A stretch of 64,000 bases of DNA from IMG/VR virus record IMGVR_UViG_3300010399_000034, positions 1 to 64,000 of that record; one strand, 5' to 3'. The translations under genes and the position numbers were made by a program. The DNA is from a virus. Below are positions 8,924 to 18,279 of the stretch, piece after piece; position 1 is the first letter of the stretch, and every line of letters begins with the position of its first letter. Under the pieces are notes generated by a model, which was not told where the DNA came from, did not search any database, and was given only the letters and a program-made list of their open reading frames with translations.

Positions 8924-10063
8924 ATGCGCGCTGACGACGACACGCTCCTCCACGAACCTCGGGCCCTTTGGACCGTGCAGGCGTTGCTTGCCGAGGCGCT
9001 CGAGGCGAACGTCGAAGAAGACATCGTCGTCTCGACCGGGCGCGTGCTAGTCCCGAAGGACGACTTCAAGAACACGAGCCGCTATCCGATCACGCTGACA
9101 AAGATGTGCGTCTGCGCGATCGGCTACACGTATCGCGAGTACGAGTTCACGGCGACGCCGGAGGCCGTGCACAACTCGATGATGGCGGCACAGAACCAGG
9201 TGAAGATCTTCCTCTCGTCGCCGTATTCGTTTCATCTCGACCGCAACGACTTCATCGTCAATCAGGCGCCGCCCGATCCGACGGCCGAGCCTGGCATGCG
9301 CTACGACCCAACTATTGGAAGCTACTCTTCGGGCATCTGGGGGCTCAATCGCTGGACGTTCGATCGCTGCCTCTGGCTCCCGCGCAAGGCGACGCTTCAA
9401 CTCGACATCGGCACGTGGATCATTCCGGATCTCGGCTTCGGCGCGCCGCCGGCTATCTACACGTCGGTGCAGTTCGACGAGCCGCAGACTGGAATCCTCG
9501 GCGGTAACAATCGTCTCCGTGCACGCGCGGCGATCCCCGCTGTCTTCGATACGCATGCTGCCGCAGTCGGGATCCCTGCGCCTGACGCGTTCGGTGCTGG
9601 CAATGGCGGCACGAGCTTCGTGACCTACCCAGCCGAAGGGCTCTTCAAGCCGAACGTCTTCAACCGGCAGGAGAGCGATCGTGGCCAGGACATGAACGCC
9701 TTCACCGGCTTCGCCGTCGCGCTTGATCAGATCGACTACGACCTCGCGATTCAGGCACTCGGTGTGGACTTCGCCGCCAAGCCGATCGCGCCGATCGGGA
9801 CGCGCATCGTCACGCGCGCCAAGTGCAGCAACGGCGGTACGAACGAGTGGTGGTGGCGGCCTAACGCGCCGCTCTGTCTGGTCTCGCCGACGATGGGTCC
9901 GGCGACGGTCTACACTCTGCGCAAGCCCATCGTGCTCGGCCCCGGAGAGCAGCTCGAGGTGGAGCTTCAGGCGCCGCCGATCGTGACCATCGACGACACA
10001 CCCTTTCAACCCACCTACCAGATCGGTGTGTCGTTCACCGGCTACGCGACCATCGAAGGTTGA
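8924..10063 (+). CDS. Putative capsid/vertex protein with tandem beta-rich domains (family B)
   Basis: FKNTSRYPITLT, WTFDRCLWL, NGGTNEWW, PIVLGPGEQLEVEL, VSFTGY; aligns by eye with 10066-10998. Confidence 0.55.
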   Translation: MRADDDTLLHEPRALWTVQALLAEALEANVEEDIVVSTGRVLVPKDDFKNTSRYPITLTKMCVCAIGYTYREYEFTATPEAVHNSMMAAQNQVKIFLSSPYSFHLDRNDFIVNQAPPDPTAEPGMRYDPTIGSYSSGIWGLNRWTFDRCLWLPRKATLQLDIGTWIIPDLGFGAPPAIYTSVQFDEPQTGILGGNNRLRARAAIPAVFDTHAAAVGIPAPDAFGAGNGGTSFVTYPAEGLFKPNVFNRQESDRGQDMNAFTGFAVALDQIDYDLAIQALGVDFAAKPIAPIGTRIVTRAKCSNGGTNEWWWRPNAPLCLVSPTMGPATVYTLRKPIVLGPGEQLEVELQAPPIVTIDDTPFQPTYQIGVSFTGYATIEG

Positions 10064-10065
10064 TC

Positions 10066-10998
10066 ATGGACAAAAACGAGTACATGCAGCGCCTCGCCAA
10101 GCGCAACCTCGTCGAGAAGGACGCGAAGCACTTCGAGCCGCGCCTCTTCTTCGATTCGTTCGTGTTCGACGGGCAGACGGCACGCGTCTTCTCGCAGCCC
10201 GACGTCTATCGCAATGGCGAGAAGTTCCCGTTCCGGGTCACGCACCTCAGTGCGTCGATGCTCTTCACGTCGGACGAGCTTCAGAACCCGGTGGGCGGCG
10301 ACGAGCGGATGATTCAACGCTACTCGATGCGCATCAGGGCGCATGGCGTCTACTACCAGAACTCCGACGTCACACCGATCCCGCTTTGGGCGAATAAGCC
10401 GGTGGCTGCCGCAGACGTTACGACACTCTCGCAGTCGTGCTGGCGCTTCGACAAGCCTTTCATCCTCGGCAATCGTGACACCTTTCAAGTCGAGGTCTCG
10501 CTTATCGTTGCGCCCGACACCGATCTGACGGAGCGCGTCGCGGTGACTTTCGCGGGTCTAGGGCTCTACTCGCGGATGCCGAAGATCTTGACGAGCGAGA
10601 TCGATCTCGCGGACACGCTCGTCGCGACGATGGACACCAACGACTTCCGCAACGACGGCACCGAGCCGCTCGAAGTGACGCACATGGTCGTGCATCACAC
10701 GCCGTCGGTCGAAGTGACCAACCCAGTCGGCAACATCCGCAATGTCAAGCTGCGTGTGCGCGCCAATGGCAATGGTACCAATCAATGGTGGAACTGGACC
10801 GCGGTCTCGGCTGCGACGCAGCTCGTTCCAGCGCAGCTCTTCGGGCTCACGACGGGGCGCTCGGTCGTGCACGAGCTCCCCGGTGACGGCTGGCTCTGGT
10901 ATCCGAACGAAGGTGTGACGGTCGAGGTCGAGTCGCAGGACACGTCGCGCCGGGATACGGTGCTCATCGCCATGGCCGGCTACATCATGGTGACGTGA
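10066..10998 (+). CDS. Putative capsid/vertex protein with tandem beta-rich domains (family B)
   Basis: Internal repeat YRNGEKFPFRVTH / FRNDGTEPLEVTH and VAVTFAG / VLIAMAGY; GNGTNQWW. Confidence 0.55.
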   Translation: MDKNEYMQRLAKRNLVEKDAKHFEPRLFFDSFVFDGQTARVFSQPDVYRNGEKFPFRVTHLSASMLFTSDELQNPVGGDERMIQRYSMRIRAHGVYYQNSDVTPIPLWANKPVAAADVTTLSQSCWRFDKPFILGNRDTFQVEVSLIVAPDTDLTERVAVTFAGLGLYSRMPKILTSEIDLADTLVATMDTNDFRNDGTEPLEVTHMVVHHTPSVEVTNPVGNIRNVKLRVRANGNGTNQWWNWTAVSAATQLVPAQLFGLTTGRSVVHELPGDGWLWYPNEGVTVEVESQDTSRRDTVLIAMAGYIMVT

Positions 10999-11351
10999 TG
11001 CTGCGCAAGAAGACCGAGTGGTATCGGACGACGCTCACGACGCTGCCGAGCATCATCGTGCCGCAGGAAGAAGGCGTGGGAGGGCTGCGTCGTATCACGC
11101 TCCTCGTTCGCGACTCGGCGCAGATTCAGGTCGCGCTCGATAAGGAGGTCGTGCCGTACAAGCCGGTGTCCGACGTCGATCCGACGACGGACGAAGCTGG
11201 CTCGAACGAGATCGACGCGCGCGACGCGTATTGGCCCGAGCCTCCGGTGAATAAGCAGATCATCTTCGAGATCCTCCCAGATCAGTGGGTCGTCGGTCGC
11301 GCTGCGGACGAGCTGCACGAGCTCTCCGTCATCGTCGAGTACCTGGAGTAA
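10998..11351 (+). CDS. Small beta-rich putative virion protein
   Basis: Coupled start; alternating hydrophobic strands. Confidence 0.6.
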   Translation: MLRKKTEWYRTTLTTLPSIIVPQEEGVGGLRRITLLVRDSAQIQVALDKEVVPYKPVSDVDPTTDEAGSNEIDARDAYWPEPPVNKQIIFEILPDQWVVGRAADELHELSVIVEYLE

Positions 11352-11354
11352 GCC

Positions 11355-12158
11355 ATGGGCGCCGGACGAAGCGCAGACGTCTTCTCGATGCTGAGCGAGC
11401 TCAATCTGAGCGAGCAGAGCCTCACGCGTGCATGGGTCGCAGCGCAGTTCTTGGCGGCCAACGGCGCGCTCAACGAGCAGACGCGTCGCGCGGTGATGAC
11501 GCAGCGTGATGCCGTCTTCGGCATCCAGCAGACCATCTACAGCGCGATCCAGCGCGTCCTTGGGCCCATCGGGCAGAGCGATGCGATCCCGCAGCCGCGC
11601 CCGCTCCCGGATCTTCCACCTTCCGGCCAGCCCACGCAGCCGAACATGGTCCAAACGGACGGCCTCGGCATCGCGCCTGCGATCGTTTGGGCCGCTGCGG
11701 TCGTCGGCATCTTGATCCATCTCGCCGCGATCTACGCGGTCGTGCGCGTCATCCAGATCGGCGCCGACGCCGTCGTTCGGATGTACGCGATCCGTGAGAA
11801 CACCAAACGCCTCGATCTGCACACGCGCTCGCAGCAAGACCGCTTTCAACAGTGCCTTGCACAGACGCGCGATCCTGTACGCTGCGCCAATCTCTTTCCG
11901 CTCCCCGATCCGCAGCTCGAGGACACCACTGCGCATCTGCCGATGGACCCCGTCCTCCTCGGCGTCGGCATCGTCTCGGCGATCCTCTCGCTCGGTGTTG
12001 TCGGCTACGTCTTCTGGGAGTTCAGCTCTTCGACGCGCGGTGCGAGTGCGCCTTCGCGGATCTCGGGCGTGCGCGGGCATCCGCAGCTTCTCTCCGGGAC
12101 GGACGTGAGCCGCAGCCTTCGCGCCGACTTCGACGACGAAGAGGACGAGGACGACTGA
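11355..12158 (+). CDS. Membrane protein (two TM segments, acidic tail)
   Basis: DGLG immediately before TM1; DDEEDEDD C-terminus. Confidence 0.7.
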   Translation: MGAGRSADVFSMLSELNLSEQSLTRAWVAAQFLAANGALNEQTRRAVMTQRDAVFGIQQTIYSAIQRVLGPIGQSDAIPQPRPLPDLPPSGQPTQPNMVQTDGLGIAPAIVWAAAVVGILIHLAAIYAVVRVIQIGADAVVRMYAIRENTKRLDLHTRSQQDRFQQCLAQTRDPVRCANLFPLPDPQLEDTTAHLPMDPVLLGVGIVSAILSLGVVGYVFWEFSSSTRGASAPSRISGVRGHPQLLSGTDVSRSLRADFDDEEDEDD

Positions 12159-12571
12159 TGGCGCGCTTCTACACAGGCCATCCCAAGGTCGATGCGCGCT
12201 TCCCGCACTTCGCGCCGGTCCTCGGCGCGCAGCCGCTCGTGCACGAGCCGGGGCGCGGGCTCGAGAGCGTGCTCGGCGATGCGGAACCCGACGGCGTGCC
12301 GAGCCAGATCGTCGCGCCCGATCCGTGGCCTGAGGTCTCCGTCGGCGTCGCGACCGCGGCGCTCTCGGGCGGCCTCGTCGGCGGGATTGCAGCGGGGCAC
12401 TGGCCCGGCGCGTCGATCGGTGCCGGTCTCAGCACTGCGGCGTGGAGCGTGTTTACGCTCTTCGGGTCGTTCCACGATCTCGGCCCTCGAGCGCGTACCG
12501 TCCTTGGCGGTGCTGCCGTCACGGGCGTATTGATGACGGGTCTCGGATTTTGGCTGCGAGGTCGACGATGA
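12158..12571 (+). CDS. Multi-pass membrane protein
   Basis: TGATG overlap; three Gly-rich hydrophobic segments ending RGRR. Confidence 0.7.
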   Translation: MARFYTGHPKVDARFPHFAPVLGAQPLVHEPGRGLESVLGDAEPDGVPSQIVAPDPWPEVSVGVATAALSGGLVGGIAAGHWPGASIGAGLSTAAWSVFTLFGSFHDLGPRARTVLGGAAVTGVLMTGLGFWLRGRR

Positions 12572-12744
12572 GCACCTTCACGAATCTCTTTGCGGCGATC
12601 ACCGGCGCGGTTGCCGCGTCGCAGAAGAAGCCTCGTCGGCGCAACGGCGGCGTAGGAGGCGGTCGGCGTGGCAAACCCGAATGTACGCCCTGTGCGGCGA
12701 ACGCGTACGTCGAATCTCTTCGTCCAAAGACTCCTAAGCGCTGA
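12568..12744 (+). CDS. Small basic protein with CxxC
   Basis: ATGA overlap; MSTFTNLF...KKPRRR...CTPC. Confidence 0.5.
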   Translation: MSTFTNLFAAITGAVAASQKKPRRRNGGVGGGRRGKPECTPCAANAYVESLRPKTPKR

Positions 12745-12937
12745 GCCACGATGCGTCATCTGCGGCACTACGAAAGGTCTGCGGCCCGTCCAAGCGGCTG
12801 GGGATCTCTCCGTCTTGAGCTGCGAGATGCACGAGGGCCTCGCGCGCGTCGGAGTTCGCGGCGTGAAAGAAGCGCTGGCGTTCCTCAAGCCGAAGCTCGC
12901 TTCGTGGTTCGAACGCTTTCGCCGATGAGGGGGCACC

Positions 12938-13486
12938 GTGGCTGAAACCGACGCGCAAAAGAGCCGACGCCGAAATCGGATGGATGCTCGCAACGAGCAG
13001 GGCGATCTCGTCGCCTACGAAGACGAAGGTGGGCAGCGTCTCATCTGGACCGGCGACGAAGAAGCGCCGTACGTCAAGGTCGTCAACAGCATCGACGATC
13101 CTGTCGTCATCTCCCCCGTCGAAGGCGGGACAGCGGTCATCTTCTACCGCGGCACGGCGACGCAGCAGGTCGCGATCGCAACGGGCGCAGTCAAGGTCCG
13201 GCAGGTCCGTGCGATCCTCGAAGCGAGCGTTGTCACAGATCGCTTCTTCATGATCTTCGACGCGGCCGCGCCCGTGGCGAACGGGGCCACGCCTGTGTGG
13301 CAGGCGCTCGTTCCAGGCGGGCTTACAACGGTCACCACGCATGCAGAGGCGGGCGACGACTTCGAACCGATCGGTGGTCTTGCGCTCACGGACGGTTTCG
13401 TGCTTGCGATTTCTACGACGCCTGGAACGTTGACGTTGCCGGGTGTCGCCGATACGTACTTCGAGGCCACCTACACGACGAGTTGA
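12938..13486 (+). CDS. Putative penton/vertex base protein (beta-sandwich)
   Basis: GAGGGG RBS; all-beta pattern (FMIFDAAAPVANGATP...GLALTDGFVLAIST); directly upstream of the spike gene. Confidence 0.45.
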   Translation: MAETDAQKSRRRNRMDARNEQGDLVAYEDEGGQRLIWTGDEEAPYVKVVNSIDDPVVISPVEGGTAVIFYRGTATQQVAIATGAVKVRQVRAILEASVVTDRFFMIFDAAAPVANGATPVWQALVPGGLTTVTTHAEAGDDFEPIGGLALTDGFVLAISTTPGTLTLPGVADTYFEATYTTS

Positions 13487-13491
13487 GCAGT

Positions 13492-15426
13492 ATGGGCTAC
13501 TTTGCAATCCCCTCCGCAGGTATCGGCCTCCCGAGTTCCGGCGTCGGCATCGACCTCTACGTTCGCACGACCGGCGACGACAACAACCCAGGCACCGCAG
13601 CGTTGCCGCTATTGACGGTGACCGAAGCCGTTCGGCGGCTCGACTCGCTCGCCAAGATCACCGGCGTCAACGGCGTCGGCGCCACGGTGCACGTGGGCGC
13701 GGGCACCTTTCAATGGACCATGGGCCTTGGTCCGTTCTTCCTGAGCGAAGCGCTCTTCTTCATCGGGGATGGTGGCGGGCTCGTCGGCGATGACGGCTTC
13801 ACGGTACTTCTCGCGTCGACCGCGGCTCTTGCTGGCTCGGGTCTCGCAGTCGTCAAGTCGAGCGGGCTCACCGTTAATCAGTATCGCGGGAAGACGATCC
13901 AGATCCTCTCTGGCGCTGCCGCAGGCGATCGTCGAACGATTCGAAACAACACGGCGACGGACATCATCCCGTCCGGCAACTTCTCCGCCGCGATCGCGAC
14001 AAACGATACGTATCGGATCCTCGAACCGAACTGCTTCCTAGAGTTCGAGAGCTCCGCGACAGCCACGCCGCTGACGACCGACTTCCCACCAATCGCGAAG
14101 TCGTGTGGCGGCACAGTCGCGCAGGTCGACACGAACGGGACCGGCACTGCGACCGTCGCTCCGTCGATCTACTTCATCAACTTCCGTTTCCAGAACCGCA
14201 CCGGCGATGCGGATCCGACGGCTCGAATCTGCATCATCGATTCGGCGGTGACGTTCTTCGGCGTCGAGCTTAATGCTGTCACGTCGAAGACGATGATCCC
14301 CGTCGTCGACAAGACGTCCATCCTGCAAGCCGGGATGGACTTCCTCGCGAGCACGCTCTGTCTCGCTGTTCGTCCCTTCGAGGCAGGGCTCGCGACGAGC
14401 CGTACGTCGTGGTCGGGTTGGGGCGTCTCGGGCCAGGGCGCGGGCTCCATTCTCTGGAACGCGACCGCGCGCTTCATGGGCTACATCGTCGAGACGCACT
14501 CGCTCTCGATCGAGGACTGCGAGTGGCGAGCATGCGGTGGCTCGGTCCTCGCCGACGCCGCGATGATCATCGCGCGGTGGGGCCACTTCACGTGCCTCAC
14601 GTCGGGCGCTCCGACGTTCCTCATTCGCTCGGAAGCAACGGCGGCGAGCACGGCGGCGCTCCTCGTGCGCGGCAACGGTCAAGCGCAGCTCCTCAACTGC
14701 ACCATCGAGAAACAGAACCAAGGCTTCGCCATCCTTGTGCGCGGTGACGGCGGCGTCGTCAACGCGATTCCGGGGCAGGTGGGGCTCGGAACCGGCGTCA
14801 CGCTGACTGGAGAGACGAGCGGCACCGCGCCGACGAACGCGATCTGCGTGACGTACGGCGGCCAGCTCAGCTACATCGCGACGCCGACGATCTCTGGCTT
14901 CACGACGGGGACGCAGCTCTGTGTTCGGCAGAACGGCCCTGCGGGCACTGTCGTTCAGCAGTGCGACTTCACCGACCTTGCAACGAACGGTGACTGCCTC
15001 CCTGCACAGCCGATCAAGCAGACGTGGAACGCGCTCGGTGCGCTCTCCGGCTTCGCTGACGGCGTTGCCGGCACGTTCACCGTCGCAGGCAGCTTCGACG
15101 GTATGCGCGAGATCACGCGTACGGGGCTCTGGGATACGTTCCGACTTCGGCAACTGGTCGACGGCACCGCGGGCACAACGAGCGTCGAACTGTTCCGTCG
15201 CCGTGGCGGCGTTCTGACCTCGCTCGGGATCGTGTCGCGACTCTTCGGCGGTGGCGCTTTCGCGGAGGCGTCGTTGACGCCGGCTTCTGCTGCGCTTCGC
15301 GCGCTCTCCATCGGCGATGTGCTCGTCGTGCAGTTCACGGCGCGGCAGACGAACGGCGAGACGGTCACGGTCGAGCTCCTCGGCGACGTGGATGGCCGCT
15401 GGGGTCGTATCACGCGCGTCGCCTGA
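13492..15426 (+). CDS. Putative spike/receptor-binding protein with parallel beta-helix (pectin lyase-like) region
   Basis: LYVRTTGDDNNPGTAALPLLTVTEA matches the YV..G.D.N.GT...P..TI..A cap of beta-helix proteins; G/T/A-rich. Confidence 0.65.
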   Translation: MGYFAIPSAGIGLPSSGVGIDLYVRTTGDDNNPGTAALPLLTVTEAVRRLDSLAKITGVNGVGATVHVGAGTFQWTMGLGPFFLSEALFFIGDGGGLVGDDGFTVLLASTAALAGSGLAVVKSSGLTVNQYRGKTIQILSGAAAGDRRTIRNNTATDIIPSGNFSAAIATNDTYRILEPNCFLEFESSATATPLTTDFPPIAKSCGGTVAQVDTNGTGTATVAPSIYFINFRFQNRTGDADPTARICIIDSAVTFFGVELNAVTSKTMIPVVDKTSILQAGMDFLASTLCLAVRPFEAGLATSRTSWSGWGVSGQGAGSILWNATARFMGYIVETHSLSIEDCEWRACGGSVLADAAMIIARWGHFTCLTSGAPTFLIRSEATAASTAALLVRGNGQAQLLNCTIEKQNQGFAILVRGDGGVVNAIPGQVGLGTGVTLTGETSGTAPTNAICVTYGGQLSYIATPTISGFTTGTQLCVRQNGPAGTVVQQCDFTDLATNGDCLPAQPIKQTWNALGALSGFADGVAGTFTVAGSFDGMREITRTGLWDTFRLRQLVDGTAGTTSVELFRRRGGVLTSLGIVSRLFGGGAFAEASLTPASAALRALSIGDVLVVQFTARQTNGETVTVELLGDVDGRWGRITRVA

Positions 15427-15504
15427 GTCCTCGACATTTCAATGTTCGCAGGCTAGGGTTGTTTCTCTCCAGCAAGGGTGCTCGGAGCTAGAAGGGTGGT
15501 TTCA

Positions 15505-16419
15505 ATGCAGCAGAATGGTGGTCAACCTATGGTTGCCCCGCCGCACGGCGTTCGTACGCCGATCGACGGAGCACAGACGCAGCCGCTTGCCGTCGGAGGC
15601 TTCGCGCCGGTCAAGCCGGTGATGCCTTCGCCGGTGCAGTGGCCGCAGCCGCAGCAACAAGGCGGCTGGGCGCCGCCGCAAGCCGCTCCTGTTGTTCCCG
15701 CAGTGCCTCCGCTCGAGGCGCGTCTTCATCCGAACGATCGCGCGAACGTCGTCGAAGGCATCCGCGCAGGCGCTTCGGTCGCGGAGATCCTTCCGTACTT
15801 CGCCGCCGCGCAGCTCACGGTCGACGACCTCCGTGTGATCGCGAAGACCGCAGGGCTCGTGCTGAATGAGGGACAAGGTTCCGTGCAGGTGCCTGCCTCG
15901 CAACAGCCGTTGCCTCCGCCCGCAGCCGCACAACAGCCGGTGCAGCCCACGCAGGCAGGTGGACCCGTCGTCGAGAAGGTCGTGCAGCGGATCACGAAGA
16001 AGCACTGGCCTGCGATCGAAGCGCTCGTGACGCAAGGCGCGTCGGCAGCTCAGATCGCGCAGCAGCTCGGACTCCCCGAGTCCGGTGTCGAGCGTGCATG
16101 CAAGGAGCTCGCGAAGGCTCGGGGTCAGCAGCAGCCTGTGCAGCAGGCCATGGGCCCGACACCGGCTCCCGTCGCGGAGACGGGCGCGATGGTCGGCCAT
16201 CCGCCGCCGATCGAAGAGCCAGCAGCCGCGCGCGATACGTCTGTGGCGCAGAGTTTTGCCGCAAGTTACGGCGCGGCCGACGACGTGACCAACTACGATC
16301 AGCGGCTCTTGCGGTCGTTGGAGATGCTCGAGGCGGTTCGCGCACTCGGGCGTGAGCGCGGCTACTCCTATCAGGAGATCGAAGCTGCGGCCGGGCTGCT
16401 CCACGTCACGCGAAGCTGA
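15505..16419 (+). CDS. Q/P-rich protein with helix-turn-helix
   Basis: GASAAQIAQQLGLPESGVERAC HTH pattern among low-complexity linkers. Confidence 0.6.
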   Translation: MQQNGGQPMVAPPHGVRTPIDGAQTQPLAVGGFAPVKPVMPSPVQWPQPQQQGGWAPPQAAPVVPAVPPLEARLHPNDRANVVEGIRAGASVAEILPYFAAAQLTVDDLRVIAKTAGLVLNEGQGSVQVPASQQPLPPPAAAQQPVQPTQAGGPVVEKVVQRITKKHWPAIEALVTQGASAAQIAQQLGLPESGVERACKELAKARGQQQPVQQAMGPTPAPVAETGAMVGHPPPIEEPAAARDTSVAQSFAASYGAADDVTNYDQRLLRSLEMLEAVRALGRERGYSYQEIEAAAGLLHVTRS

Positions 16420-16754
16420 TGGTCGCGGTGGTCGCGCTCAGGGGTTCGCGCAATACACAGATCGCCTACCTCTACGAATGGATCCGCGGTCTCGATGGTG
16501 CGCGCCTGCGCATCCGCGAGCTCGAGCCGAACCCGCGGATCCATCGTGAGGAGGACGAGCGCATCGCGGTTTACACGGGCGAGGCGTTCGTCCGACGAGG
16601 CGTCCTTGGTGAGCCCGAATACGACTTTCCGGACGGGCGGCTCTTGATCATCCTCTGCTTCACCGGGCCCGAGGTCAGCGTCGAGTGGGTGTGCCCGACG
16701 CATGCAGGGCTCGCGCAGACGGCAATCGCCCGACTTCGCGAACGATTCGGCTGA
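16419..16754 (+). CDS. Hypothetical protein
   Basis: TGATG coupling to the previous gene. Confidence 0.6.
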   Translation: MVAVVALRGSRNTQIAYLYEWIRGLDGARLRIRELEPNPRIHREEDERIAVYTGEAFVRRGVLGEPEYDFPDGRLLIILCFTGPEVSVEWVCPTHAGLAQTAIARLRERFG

Positions 16755-16796
16755 GCTAGCCCAGCGCCGCCGGGCGGGGTAGGATGGTGTAGGCGT

Positions 16797-17048
16797 ATGT
16801 ACTACATTGCCCCCGTCCGGCGGCTTGCTCTTGCGGGCCCAGCGCCGAAACGCGTCCCGATGGATTCGTTCGTCCGGATCGCGGCGCCGCTCGTGACGGG
16901 GCTTCTGAGCGTCGTGGGGATCGTCTACGCGGCTCGCGGCAACAGCAAGGCCGCGATGATCTTCGCGCTCTCGGGGCTCACGCTCAGCGCCGTCGTCGCG
17001 TCTGGGCAAGCGCTCGTGCTCGAAGAGGAGCGGGGGAGGATCGGATGA
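16797..17048 (+). CDS. Small two-TM membrane protein
   Basis: Two hydrophobic segments. Confidence 0.65.
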   Translation: MYYIAPVRRLALAGPAPKRVPMDSFVRIAAPLVTGLLSVVGIVYAARGNSKAAMIFALSGLTLSAVVASGQALVLEEERGRIG

Positions 17049-17581
17049 TCGTCACGATTGCAGTGCGCACGGTGCAGCGCGGGCTCTACACGCAGAACCG
17101 CGCGAACCCGCGCGTCCTCTCGCCGGGCACCGTCGATGGACGCTGGGGGCCGCGTACACAGGCGTCGCTCGACAGCTTCGTGCGGCTCTACGGCGATCCG
17201 GCGCACGTCGGATTGATCCGCAGCGGCTACATCAACTACCCGGTGGGTGCGGGCGCGATCACGCTCGATGGGATCGTCGCCTCGCAGCTCACTGAAGCGG
17301 CGCGCGAGTTCAACGGCCCTGAGGTGCAGGACATCGCCACCGCCGACGAGATCGTGGCGACGCGCGAGAATCAGTCGGCGCAGGTCGTCGGCAGTCCGTT
17401 CGGCCCGGCGACGGTGATCGCTCGCAGCGATCCGATGCGCACCTCGTCGTTTCTGCCGATCATGATGGGCCTCGGTGCAGCGGGGCTCCTCTTCGGTCTC
17501 GGATACCTCTTCTGGAAGGGCTCCAAGGGCGGTCGTCGCGGGCGAACTCCGCGTAGCCGCGCAACCGTCGTTCACTGGTAG
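17045..17581 (+). CDS. Peptidoglycan-binding domain protein with C-terminal membrane anchor
   Basis: VRTVQRGL...VDGRWGPRTQASL (PG_binding_1 DG.xG..T motif); TM plus basic tail. Confidence 0.7.
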   Translation: MIVTIAVRTVQRGLYTQNRANPRVLSPGTVDGRWGPRTQASLDSFVRLYGDPAHVGLIRSGYINYPVGAGAITLDGIVASQLTEAAREFNGPEVQDIATADEIVATRENQSAQVVGSPFGPATVIARSDPMRTSSFLPIMMGLGAAGLLFGLGYLFWKGSKGGRRGRTPRSRATVVHW

Positions 17582-17590
17582 GAGAGACGC

Positions 17591-17971
17591 ATGATCAAGT
17601 ACGCACTCTTTTTCGGCGTGGGCGCAGCGGGCGGAGCGATCGCGACGGTCACCGCGTGGCTCATCGTCTCGAAGGCGCTCGATCGGCAGTTCGACAGCGC
17701 GGCGGGTGAGTTCGTCACGCGTGGCTCGGCCGAGCTTCGTCGGACGCTCGATACCGAGATTCCGGCCCGCGTCGGCGCGGCGATCGATCAGAAGTTCGCC
17801 GAGGCAGGCATCACGCGGCAGACGGGGCAGCAGCTCACGACGCTGCTCGACGCCGCCGATCGCATCGGGCTTATCGGGCTGAGCGGTCGTCCGAACGCGC
17901 CGCGCACCGTGCGTTGGGGTCGGCCGAACACGCCGAACGCGGCACGTCCGTGGTTCATGGGCCGGGCATGA
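17591..17971 (+). CDS. N-terminally anchored membrane protein
   Basis: AGGAG RBS; N-terminal hydrophobic segment. Confidence 0.65.
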   Translation: MIKYALFFGVGAAGGAIATVTAWLIVSKALDRQFDSAAGEFVTRGSAELRRTLDTEIPARVGAAIDQKFAEAGITRQTGQQLTTLLDAADRIGLIGLSGRPNAPRTVRWGRPNTPNAARPWFMGRA

Positions 17972-18279
17972 CTGAGCTCAAGCCGTGGTTCTGGGTGTTC
18001 GGGGGCAGTCTCGCGGCGAGTGGGATCCTGCTCACGTTCCTCATCCTCGAGAAGAAGAAAGCGCTCGAACAGCGCGCGAACGAGCTGCGCATGCAACTCA
18101 CCGCGCAGAGTGGTACGAGCGTCTACGCGCAGCAGATGACGCAGATGCGGCACGATCTCGAGACGTACACGGACACGCTCGCGCATCGCGCTGCCGACGA
18201 TCACATTGGCCGTTACTACGGGCTCACGCCCGAGCGGATGACGAACATTCAGCGGCTTGCAAGGCAGCTCGGCCTCTGA
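17968..18279 (+). CDS. N-terminally anchored membrane protein
   Basis: ATGA overlap; WFWVFGGSLAASGILLTFLIL then coiled coil. Confidence 0.65.
   Translation: MTELKPWFWVFGGSLAASGILLTFLILEKKKALEQRANELRMQLTAQSGTSVYAQQMTQMRHDLETYTDTLAHRAADDHIGRYYGLTPERMTNIQRLARQLGL

Noticed and set aside
13492-15426. Diversity-generating retroelement target in the spike gene
   Set aside because: No reverse transcriptase and no template/variable repeat pair seen in the window
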